Assembly: GCA_047459655.1 (NCBI GenBank)
Contig: JAJREF010000004.1
Span: 1-16,005 of the forward strand
Source: Rhabdochlamydiaceae bacterium
GTDB lineage: Bacteria; Chlamydiota; Chlamydiia; Chlamydiales; Rhabdochlamydiaceae
Direction of reading: 5' to 3'
Length of the DNA stretch: 16,005 nt
Of the stretch, positions 1 to 8,128 are shown piece by piece. The notes beneath the pieces are model-generated. The model ran no database searches. It had not been told where the DNA came from and saw nothing but the letters and a program-made list of their open reading frames with translations. Position numbers and translations under genes: made by a program. Positions within the stretch are counted from its first letter, which is position 1, and every line of letters begins with the position of its first letter.

Positions 1-12
1 TACGCAATTGCT
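1..12 (+). other. Nanopore ligation adapter remnant (3' end of top strand)
   Basis: TACGCAATTGCT resembles the adapter end TACGTATTGCT and abuts the telomere. Cleaner copies of the same sequence lie at 14783-14802 and 14987-15005. Confidence 0.8.
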
Positions 13-32
13 CCCCAAAACCCCAAAACCCC
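13..32 (+). repeat. Left telomere (C4A4C4A4C4) of a spirotrich ciliate nanochromosome
   Basis: Exact CCCCAAAACCCCAAAACCCC (20 bp), the canonical duplex telomere length of Oxytricha/Stylonychia-type macronuclear chromosomes. Confidence 0.97.
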
Positions 33-63
33 TTTGAAGTGGTAGGTAAATTTAAAATAAAAA

Positions 64-3000
64 ATGACAGACACCGCCTACGACAAGTTCAATAACACCC
101 GGCAACGGCACTTTGATTTGCAAATCGGCAAGAGGAAAGAGCGCTTAAAAATAATTCTGCGGCGAAGAGAAGGTAAGCTTTCAGTTTAAACACGAATCGA
201 TATTGAATTCTTTTTTCGGTCTATTAGGGTTTCGTTTAAGTTCATACGACATCTTTTGCGACAGATGCGCTCCACTAATTTTGTTTTTGTAGAACTATAA
301 ATGAAAGAACATACTCCAAAGCGACACCTTGATTTTGAAAATCCCGATTAAGTGGAGCCAAATAGTTCGATAACACTACTAACAGAATCTGATGGAGAAA
401 TCCAAAATTCAGCCAGCGATCCTTCATCTGGAGCCTGGGGTACTGGTTAGAATCCTGCTGATAATCTGCCAAAAGTAGGCCGCAAAGCACAAATGCTCGA
501 GTAGGAAATTATCAGCTTAGGTTTACGAAGAACTTCGGCGAACAGTTAGATTTCAAAAGAACAGTAACTTTCTTAACGCCACTTCCAAACAGCTAGTAGA
601 GAAGCTTTTACTCAAAAAGATTTAGCTGCCAACGTAGTTGGCAGGAAAGTTATGAAAACTTAAGACGGTGCTGAAGTAAGCTATGGCCTAAAGAGATGAG
701 CAGTTGATTGTTGAGACAGGAATGTACCGTCGCAGCTAAAAGTACACCGATGAAGAACTTCAAAAGCGTATACCTTGGGGTGAGTACTATAAAACTTTAC
801 ACCAGTATCAATCTATACCGAAGCTTTAGAGAGAAAGAATTTCTACTGGTTCAGCTCAAACTGGTTCAAACCCATCGCGCCATAACTTGAGAGATTTACA
901 TAACCAGTAACACACACAAAAGCTGTCAGAAGGTTTTGAAGGAAACATTAACTTCGAAGCTGAGAAAACTCTCCACACTTAAATTCGTGCTCAGCAATGA
1001 CTCCAAAATCGGTTTTGATTTGCTAATGAAGTTACTCTGTTTGTTATTAAAATAAAATGAATAAGATAGTCTGATCGGCTTTATTTTGGGCAAATATTCA
1101 AGCAGCAGGCGATTCACAAACATTGAAGCCCATCATAACATAACCCATATTCTAACAGTTGCAGCTGGAATAAAGCCACTTTATCTCCTCGTGATTACAC
1201 ACATACAAAGTGATGCAGTGTTGCGCTGATACGTCAAACAGTAGCCGTTTGATTCGTCATTTTCCTGCTGCATTTTCTTTTATTAAAGAAGGAATAGCCC
1301 GTGGTGGTGTTTTAGTGCATTGTTTTGCCGGAGTCGAGCAGATCATCTCGTTGCGTGATTGCTTTCTTAATGTAGGACAGAGGGCTATGGTTTTAAGAAG
1401 CTTTTGCGTTTGCAAGCAAGAGAAGACCAACAAATTTTTCCTGAATGTGGGCTTTTAAAAGTAGTTGGTTGAGTTTGAGTGACTTACTTTGCAGTTCAGC
1501 AACAAATGAGTACTCCTTTTCTTAAGAATACCGAAGTAAATGCACTAAATTTAACCAATAGGACTAGCTGCTGGAGCAGAAATCATAAAACCAAGTTAGC
1601 CGTTAGTTTTAAAGCAGGTTTAGCGCTAGATTGCCAGGGGTGGCAGTTTAAATAAAGCCTTCAGACGATGACTGGTTTCTTGGGAGATGACGATAATCAA
1701 ACAGGTGACGATAGCTTCGCGCAGGAAAATCGTTTTTTGATCAGACAAGAGGATTTGGGATTCGGCTCGAGACAATAATCTTGGACAAATGGCTGAGATA
1801 AACAAATCTCAAATGCCGCAAGACCATGGGCAATCTTAACTTGTTTGGCAGGACGGAGTACGCAGCTGGAATCAGGAAAAGGCTTTTGCCCCAAAGACCA
1901 GCAAGGCATGCAGCTCTAAGTTTTTGAGGCGTACGCTAACGGTAACATGTCTAAACGGTCAGAGTTTGTAAAATAAAACAACAAACAAGCTAACCAAATC
2001 GAAAGACCAGCATTTCTAAGGCACCTTCAGGCAGTGATCCAGTTCTCAGAATCACCGCAACAAACCACTTAACTCTAGATGAATCTATAAATCGAAGAGC
2101 CGAAATGTACAGTGGTGTTTAAAAAAGCATTAAGTATCGAATTTTATGTGCATTGGTTGCAACACCCTCTTGTTCAATAACAGAGACTTTACGCGACACT
2201 ACGCTAACAGGAGGTTAACAAGCACAGACCAGCCACGACAACGTTAGATGCAATGGGTTTCTTGTTCAACCCAAAGATTGGATGCAGCCAAAGAACCAGC
2301 AAAGCAAAGATGGAAAGTCGCAGAGTAATGTCGAGTGTTTTAGGAAAATGTGCTCAAAAAAATTAGGCTAGGCAATTTAAGGCTAAATATAGATGCAGCT
2401 GTGGTGAAATCATTTCTGGAGGAGATCTTCATTCAAAAACAGAAAGTGAGGATTGTGCCATGGGAAATGACCACCCATCGCAAGCTCAGAATTCAAAGCA
2501 CAGCTCCAAAATACCTCGAATCAGTGGTAGACTATTAGCCTTAGAGCGCCACTTTTCCTTTGAGCGAGAGACTAAATGGGATCTTTCAATCCTTTTGCTT
2601 CGAGTCACCTTCACGCTCAGATCACTCAATAAAAACTTTACCCAGCTAACGAGTCACTGACAATAACACCACTTAGAGAGCACAAAAAGTCTATCAACCC
2701 ATTTCAAAACGACTCTGGGAACACTATGTCATCTCAGCCTAGTATGTCAGGAGATACAAAAGAACTTGTAAGAGAATTTGATAGAACGAGTAAACACAAA
2801 TTTAAATGTAGCACAAAGCCGGCCTAACATAGAAAAATAACACTAGTTTCTCTCCCTAAGTCGGTGTGAGTAGTCACAGAGAGCGAGAGTACAGCGCATT
2901 GAGACTTGCTCTAGATTAGGCATCTATGCCAATGAAATGAGAAGCTAAACGGTCCTACAACTAGGAAACATCTCACTCTAAAAGGATCAACGAGAAATCA

Positions 3001-3160
3001 CATCGCATTTAGCTAACCATAAATAGATGCCTTCTAATCTTATACTTTCTGGGCACTCCGCCAAATAGAGATCAGAGTGCAAAACATAATATCGCATAGA
3101 AAAAGCTTCCTTCTTCATTCAAAATAGCTCGCAAGCTAAAGGTAATCTTTTCAGATATCA
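64..3160 (+). CDS. YVH1/DUSP12-like dual-specificity protein phosphatase (ciliate code, intron-containing; stop codon not resolved, end approximate)
   Basis: ATG at 64. The DSP domain at ~1057-1480 reads, across small indels, MNKIV.RLYLGNIQAAGD...NITHILTVAAG...FIKEGIARGGVLVHCFAGVSRS..VIAFLMQ...SKRRP..F.NVGFQKQLVEFE (CX5R motif from 1318; conserved Q encoded by TAG at 1462-1464). A Zn-binding module at ~2146-2457 reads CIGC.TLLF...H...CNGFLVQPKDWM...CFRKMCSKKLG...RCSCG...IFIQKQKV. Confidence 0.88.
173..292 (+). other. Spliceosomal intron (120 nt, phase 1)
   Basis: AG|GTAAGC donor and CTAAT...TTTTGTTTTTGTAG acceptor. Removal joins exon 1 (36 codons + G) to a frame open for ~135 codons under the ciliate code. 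Confidence 0.75.
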
Positions 3161-3197
3161 TAAATTTATTTTCAGAAAATTAACTTAATTACTACTA

Positions 3198-3217
3198 GGG
3201 GTTTTGGGGTTTTGGGG
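3198..3217 (-). repeat. Right telomere (G4T4G4T4G4)
   Basis: Exact GGGGTTTTGGGGTTTTGGGG, the reverse complement of 13-32. Confidence 0.97.
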
Positions 3218-3262
3218 AGCAATACATAACTGTTTTTTAGCACTTGGTAGGGTGCATCTCTC
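3218..3262. other. Nanopore adapter remnant / chimera junction 1
   Basis: AGCAATACATAACTG (3218-3232) differs by one base from the adapter bottom strand AGCAATACGTAACTG. It is followed by a T-run and probably a poorly called second adapter. The right boundary is approximate. Confidence 0.88.
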
Positions 3263-3263
3263 T

Positions 3264-3380
3264 AGAAGTGAGAATGCTTATTTTTTAGTGTCTATAGAAA
3301 ATGGAAAAGTTGTTATTGAGCCGCGTAGAAATAATGGGAAGCTCATTGAGCCAGTGATTACTGTGCAACAACCTCTTTAG
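3264..3380 (+). CDS. Possible 3' end of a hypothetical gene truncated by the junction
   Basis: Open frame RSENAYFLVSIENGKVVIEPRRNNGKLIEPVITVQQPL* converges on, and overlaps by 23 bp, the MBL hydrolase gene. No recognisable motif. Confidence 0.35.
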   Translation, partial: RSENAYFLVSIENGKVVIEPRRNNGKLIEPVITVQQPL

Positions 3381-4149
3381 AAAAAAATGGGATGGCTGAG
3401 GGTGTCTGGAAGGCGATGGAGACATCAACGGTGTGGCCATGAGATGTAAGTTTGTCTTGGATGATTTTAAGGGCAAGTTCGGGGGAGTTGCATTCTTGGG
3501 ATAGGTGGGCAAGGTGGATGTGCTTGAGTTTGGGATGGAAGATTTCTAGAAGGAGGTCTGCGCATTCGTCATTGGAAAGGTGCCCTTGCCTGCTAAGAAC
3601 GCGCTGTTTATAGGTACTGGGGCGGTTTGAGGCATAGACCATCGAAGGTTGGTGGTTTGACTCGATGTAGAGGTAATCGCACTCTTTGAGGTTGTTTTTT
3701 ACAAGGGTTGTAACAAAGCCGAGGTCGGTGCAAAAACCGCATTTGAGGGTGCCTGTGCGGATTGTGAAGGCAACAGGATCTAAGGTGTCGTGTTGGATGC
3801 TAAAGGGGTGGACTTCGATATCTCCAAATTCAAAGGTTTCCCCGGTGGAGAAGATTTTAAATTTGGGGCACTCATCTAAATTATCGTGGATGGCTTTAGC
3901 TGTATCTGCATTTGCAAAGATGGGAATTTTATGGCGTAGGGCGAGAGTGACAAGGCCTTTGATGTGGTCGGTGTGTTCATGGGTGATGAGAATGGCATCG
4001 ATATCTTTCAAGGAAACATCAAAGGTGTCTAGCGAGTGTTTAATCTTTTTTTCGCTGATTCCTGCATCGATAAGGATGCGTGTATTATTCGTGCCAAAAT
4101 AGATGCAATTTCCTTTTGATCCAGAAGCTAGTGGGCGAAATCCATTCAT
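3358..4149 (-). CDS. yycJ: Metallo-beta-lactamase-fold hydrolase, YycJ/WalJ-like
   Basis: LASGSKGNC, ILIDAG, THEHTDH (HxHxDH), HD, TDLG, ESNH, GHLSN and LAHLSQECN motifs. It lies near ftsK, as in Chlamydia. Confidence 0.9.
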   Translation of the reverse strand: MNGFRPLASGSKGNCIYFGTNNTRILIDAGISEKKIKHSLDTFDVSLKDIDAILITHEHTDHIKGLVTLALRHKIPIFANADTAKAIHDNLDECPKFKIFSTGETFEFGDIEVHPFSIQHDTLDPVAFTIRTGTLKCGFCTDLGFVTTLVKNNLKECDYLYIESNHQPSMVYASNRPSTYKQRVLSRQGHLSNDECADLLLEIFHPKLKHIHLAHLSQECNSPELALKIIQDKLTSHGHTVDVSIAFQTPSAIPFFSKEVVAQ

Positions 4150-4415
4150 GAGTTGGGTAAGCTATTTTTCTTTTTCCAGGCAATGGTGATACAGGTTGCG
4201 CCTACAGAAGCAAAGACAATAGCAATAAGATACATATTTAGGGGAGGAGGTTCTTCAAAATCAGGAATGAGAGATTCTTCATTCATGGCCAATTCTTCTT
4301 CTGCTTCGGGCATAAAAGAAGCTCCGAAAGCAAAAACACTGAATGCAAGAAGGATAAATCCTAATTTCTGCAGTCTGGGAATGAGTTGTTTTTCAATCTG
4401 CTGATGATCGATCAA
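4146..4415 (-). CDS. Small hypothetical membrane protein (two hydrophobic segments, acidic loop)
   Basis: 89 aa with hydrophobic stretches LGFILLAFSVFAFGASF and MYLIAIVFASVGATCITIAW and a basic KKK tail. It has 4-bp ATGA overlaps with both neighbours. Confidence 0.75.
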   Translation of the reverse strand: MIDHQQIEKQLIPRLQKLGFILLAFSVFAFGASFMPEAEEELAMNEESLIPDFEEPPPLNMYLIAIVFASVGATCITIAWKKKNSLPNS

Positions 4416-6632
4416 GATCTTTCTCCTCTGACTAAAACGCGCCGTGGTTTACTGCCTTCTTGAGAGCTAATGACGCCTCTGACTTCTAGCTCATCCATTA
4501 AGCTTGCAGCTCTGGCATAACCGATTTTTAGTTTTCTTTGCAAGAAAGTAGTGGAGGCGTTTTTTGTATCTATGACAATTTGGCGAGCTTGTTCATAGAG
4601 AGAATCTTTCGATTCTCCGGCACTATCTGCATTTTCTTCTTGTGCCATGCGATCAAAAGAGGGGATGAGGTAGTGGGGTGGGGCTTGATTTGTAATGAAG
4701 TCCCTGACTTGGTTCATGTCTTCATCACTGATATAGGCCCCTTGTGCGCGCATCAGGTGGGAAGAACCAGGGGTAAAAAGAGCATATCTCCATTTCCGAG
4801 AAGGCTTTCTGCTCCATTCTCATCGAGGATGATTTGGGAGTTGACTCTACTGGCTACTTTAAAGGCGATTCTGGTGGGGAAGTTGGCTTTGATGAGGCCT
4901 GTGATTACTTCGCGTGAAGGGCGTTGGGTGGCTAAGATAAGGTGGATGCCGACAGCGCGTGCCATCTGGGCAATTCTTGCAATGGGGGTCTCTAAATCGG
5001 AAGAGGAAGCCATCATGAGATCGGCAAATTCATCGATGATGCCAACGATGGCATACATTCTTTCTGGTATTGAGATGTTCAATGAGGCTTCGAACTCTTT
5101 ATTGATGGTTCTGCTATTAAAAGCAGAGATATTGCGTAGGCCTAGTTGCTTTAAGATGTCGTATCGGATCTGCATCTCTTTGACAAGCCAGTTTAAGGCA
5201 GCATAAGCTCCGTGGGCTTCTGTGATGACAGGTGCAATCATGTGAGGGAGCTTGGTGTATTGAGTGAGCTCGACTTTTTTCGGGTCGACCATGATGAGTT
5301 CGATCTCATCGGGTCTAGCATTCATGACAATGGACATCACGATGGTGTTAATGCAAACAGATTTTCCAGAGCCAGTCGCCCCAGCAATGAGGCAGTGAGG
5401 CATTTTGGCAAGATCGGTGATGAGGTGCTCGCCAAGTACTGTTTTGCCTAGCAAAATGGGGATATGGAATTTTTTGGGGCTCTGTTGGTAGTTGACAAGT
5501 AGCTCTTTAAAGCTGACTTCTTGAGGATAGGGGGAGGGGATTTCTACACCGACAGCAGCTTTTCCAGGTATGGGAGCAATGATGCGGAGGGATTTAGCTT
5601 GTAGGTTTAACGCTAAGTCGTTTTCAAGGGCTGTGATTCTTTGGACTTTTACGCCAATAGCTGGGTGTACTTCAAAAGAGGTAATGGTAGGACCGCAGTT
5701 GATCTCTCCTACTTTTGCCTCAATTCCAAAACTCATGAGGGATTCTTCTAAGATATCTGCTTTTTTCTTCAACTCTTTTTTGAGAGAGGGGTGGTCGACT
5801 TTTTCGGGTTGGTCAAAAGAGAGGGAGGAGGGATCTGATAGGTGGTAAAATCTCCATTGTAGACGCGCTGCGCATTCAGTGCAGTGTTTCTTTGCAAGGG
5901 TCCCGGCTTTTCTGGGGGGTCAGAAGAGACGCGGATGCGCATATCGGATCTCTCTTTCATAGGAAATGTTGTGGGATGGCTTAAGCTTTTTTCGAATTCT
6001 TCAGAGGAAGAAGAGGGTGTTTTTTTAGCCAAAGATGAGACCACTTTTGGGCAAAAAGAGAGAAGGGTGTGCCCGTTAAAAGAAAGAAAGAGACGATACT
6101 TGTGATTGAGAAAGTGATCAAGGTTCCAACGTCGGAGAGGATCGTTTGGAGGTTGAATGTAGGGAGATCTCTGTAAAGGTAATAGAATGGAACACCGCCT
6201 AAGTTATGGCGTATGACTTTTTTTGGGTAAGGGAGTTAAGAAAGTGGACTATGTAATCACTTTATGCTTTAAAGCGCCAGGGATGGGCATTCCTTTTTCC
6301 GTAAGGACACTGACTAGAACGGAAAAAGAAAAAACTAAAACAGAGAAGTAAAAAACTTTCATACCGAGGCTTTCGACTTTTCCATCCAGGAGGAATTTCC
6401 ACCCCTACCCATCCTGCAAAGGCAAGTACAAAATAAGCTGAGACGCCAAAGAGATAAGAGAAAAGCCATCCAATCCCATAACCTGTCATTCCCAGCCAGT
6501 TGGCGGAAGGGTTTTTAAAGGTAAAGCTGACAAGGGAAAGAAAACAGATCAAAACACACGCAAGAGTGAGCAAGCCCTTAGCTTCTGGGTGTTTTGTTAC
6601 AACATCAGGGGAAGTAGTCTCTTTTTTGCCAT
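4412..6632 (-). CDS. ftsK: DNA translocase FtsK (split by apparent read frameshifts)
   Basis: N-terminal TM region (NWLGMTG), alpha domain (GPTITSFE, RIIAPIPGKAAVGVEIP), Walker A AGATGSGKS, IIDEFADLMM, ARAVGIHLILATQRPS, GAESLLGNGDML and gamma domain LQRKLKIGYARAASLMDELE. ATG at 6630-6632. Confidence 0.96.
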
Positions 6633-6643
6633 CGGAACTTTGA

Positions 6644-6806
6644 GCTTATCTTACGCAAAAAGGATAGATCATGGATTGTTTGAAAGCTGTTGATAAATCG
6701 AATGGCACAAAACGGGTAGTATTGAATGAAGTACAACCCATTTTCTGCCATTTGGTTTTCAACGCTTTCAAACAATCCATGACTATCCTTTTTGCGTAAG
6801 GTGAGT
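6644..6806. repeat. 163-bp near-perfect palindrome, MITE-like (family 2)
   Basis: Arms of ~78 bp (CTTACGCAAAAAGGATAG.TCATGGATTGTTTGAAAGC... and its reverse complement) around a short loop near 6722-6730. TTGA flanks it on both sides (6640-6643, 6807-6810). Confidence 0.88.
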
Positions 6807-6819
6807 TTGAAATCTAGTT

Positions 6820-6905
6820 GAGGTAGTTACAAACTGAGGGTTCATCGAAAATCGGTTCAAAAGAAACCGAAAATTCGACGACCCCTCAGTTTTGCAACTA
6901 CCTTC
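6820..6905. repeat. ~85-bp palindromic MITE-like element (family 1, copy A)
   Basis: GAGGTAGTTACAAACTGAGGG...CCCTCAGTTTTGCAACTACCT inverted arms with AGTT on both flanks (6816-6819, 6906-6909). Homologous to 7775-7857 in the opposite orientation. Confidence 0.88.
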
Positions 6906-7677
6906 AGTTAACCTGAGTATATAGGGTTATCAAAATTCCAACAATGAGGCAATACCAAAAGAAGGGTTTTAGGTTCCCCTTTTCGAGTAATCTCATAGCA
7001 AAAGAAACAATCGAAAGACTTACTAAAAAAGAGGTGCTAAAGCCAATAAAATAGACAGAAAAAGGTAAAGAGAGAGGTTATTGGCTCTCTAAAGATTTTG
7101 AAAATTTCTAAAAATGTTCCACCTAAAATGGCAGGGATAGAAAGAAGAAAAGAAAATCTGACTGCATCTCTTGCAGACCATCCAAGAGCTCTTGCGGTGG
7201 CAATGGTAGATCCACTGCGGGAGATGCCAGGGATTAAGGCAATGGCTTGCATTGTGCCGATCAAAAAGAAATCGGTTTTGGAGATGGGCTCTTTTATTTT
7301 TTTAGCTGAAATTTATTACCAACAAATAGAATGCCCGCTGTGACAATCAGAAACAGTCCAAGCAAAGAGGGAGCAGAGGCCATGTCTCTCACAGGTTTCA
7401 AAAGAAAGTAAAAAGGGATCAAAGGCGTTAATGAGAGAAACATCGTAAAGAGTTTTTTGCGATCGTGAGCAAAAAGGGTCATGATATCTTTTCTTAGGAA
7501 ATAAATCAGCGTAATGAGAGTTCCTAGATGACATGATAAATCGAAAGAGGCACTGTCATTATTTGCTTCTAGGCCGAGCAGCATTTTGACAAATTTAAGA
7601 TGTGCAGATGAGCTAATAGGAAAAAATTCTGTGAATCCTTGTACTAATCCGAGTAAAAACGCTTCTAAATTATGCAT
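6904..7677 (-). CDS. uppP: Undecaprenyl-diphosphate phosphatase UppP/BacA (split by apparent read frameshifts)
   Basis: LGLVQGFTEFFPISSSAHL, HLGTL, IGTMQAIALIPGISRSGSTI, RFSFLLSIPAILG and C-terminal FWYCLIVG. ATG at 7675-7677, TGA at 6904-6906. Confidence 0.94.
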
Positions 7678-7689
7678 ATTTTTCAAAAA

Positions 7690-7765
7690 TGGGCGATCGA
7701 CGGGCTCGAACCCGCGACATCTGGATCCACAATCCAGTGCTCTAACCAACTGAGCTACGACCGCC
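7690..7765 (-). tRNA. tRNA-His (GTG)
   Basis: Minus strand G-GCGGTCG TAGCTCAGTTGGTTAGAGC A CTGGA TTGTGGA TCCAG ATGTC GCGGG TTCGAG CCCGT CGATCGC CCA. GTG anticodon at 7728-7730, encoded G-1 and C73. The C-runs look one base short, consistent with read error. Confidence 0.95.
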
Positions 7766-7774
7766 ACAAAAGTA

Positions 7775-7857
7775 GAGGTAGTTGCAAAACTCAGGGTTCG
7801 TCGGATTTCGGGTTCTTTTGAACCTATTTTCGACGAACCCTGAGTTTTGCAACTATC
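7775..7857. repeat. ~83-bp palindromic MITE-like element (family 1, copy B)
   Basis: GAGGTAGTTGCAAAACTCAGGGTTCGTCG...CGACGAACCCTGAGTTTTGCAACTATC with AGTA on both flanks (7771-7774, 7858-7861). Confidence 0.9.
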
Positions 7858-7865
7858 AGTAGGCT

Positions 7866-7894
7866 GGTATATAGGATTGAGTGGTTACCGTCAA
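7866..7894 (-). promoter_or_regulatory. Putative sigma70/sigma66-type promoter for tRNA-His-uppP
   Basis: Minus strand TTGACG (7894-7889), 17-nt spacer, TATACC (7871-7866), oriented toward the tRNA. Confidence 0.55.
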
Positions 7895-7900
7895 ATTAAA

Positions 7901-7958
7901 GAGGTATCGGGTTCTTTTGAACCTATTTTCGACGAACCCTGAGTTTTGTAATCATCCT
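7901..7958. repeat. Internally deleted copy of family 1 element (copy C)
   Basis: GAGGTA joined directly to TCGGGTTCTTTTGAACCTATTTTCGACGAACCCTGAGTTTTG, identical to the loop and right arm of copy B. TAAA on both flanks (7897-7900, 7959-7962). Confidence 0.82.
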
Positions 7959-8128
7959 TAAAGAAATTTTTCCAATTAATGAGGGTCTAAAAGTTTTTAA
8001 AAGGTGAAATTTCATAGACAAGATGGATGGTTTGAAGGGATGTCTGTTCTGAAAATTCTACAAAAAAAGAACGGATGTGCATATAATGTTCATGGCGCCC
8101 CGGAGTTAGGGCTGCATGGAAAGACAAA

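Larger units (their letters stand above)
13..3217. other. Complete ~3.2-kb gene-sized macronuclear nanochromosome of a spirotrich ciliate
   Basis: Inverted 20-bp telomeres at both ends, short AT-rich subtelomeric leader (33-63) and trailer, and a single gene readable only with TAA/TAG = Gln. Confidence 0.95.

Noticed and set aside
173..227. Alternative 55-nt intron ending at TATTAG
   Set aside because: Splicing there meets an in-frame TGA near 302, whereas the 292 acceptor has a branch-like CTAAT and pyrimidine tract and gives a long open frame.
275..2660. Short standard-code ORFs listed in the first 3 kb
   Set aside because: They are fragments or antisense shadows of one gene that uses TAA/TAG as Gln.
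3198..3380. Ciliate-to-chlamydia horizontal transfer or a telomere-capped element integrated in a bacterial genome
   Set aside because: Adapter sequence sits exactly at the junction and at the other telomere, so the linkage is a library/read artefact.
3686..6105. Plus-strand ORFs 3686-4102, 4153-4404, 4538-5206, 5212-5451, 5570-5848, 5884-6105
   Set aside because: Antisense shadows of yycJ, the small membrane gene and ftsK, with no recognisable motifs.
7678..7767. N-terminal extension of ORF 7294..7767 (MAVVAQLVRALDCGS...)
   Set aside because: It is the translation of the tRNA-His gene. uppP starts at 7677.
6644..7958. CRISPR array or simple rho-independent terminators
   Set aside because: The units are 58-163 bp, irregularly spaced, in mixed orientation, without spacers or cas genes, and far longer than terminator stems with no consistent U-tract.
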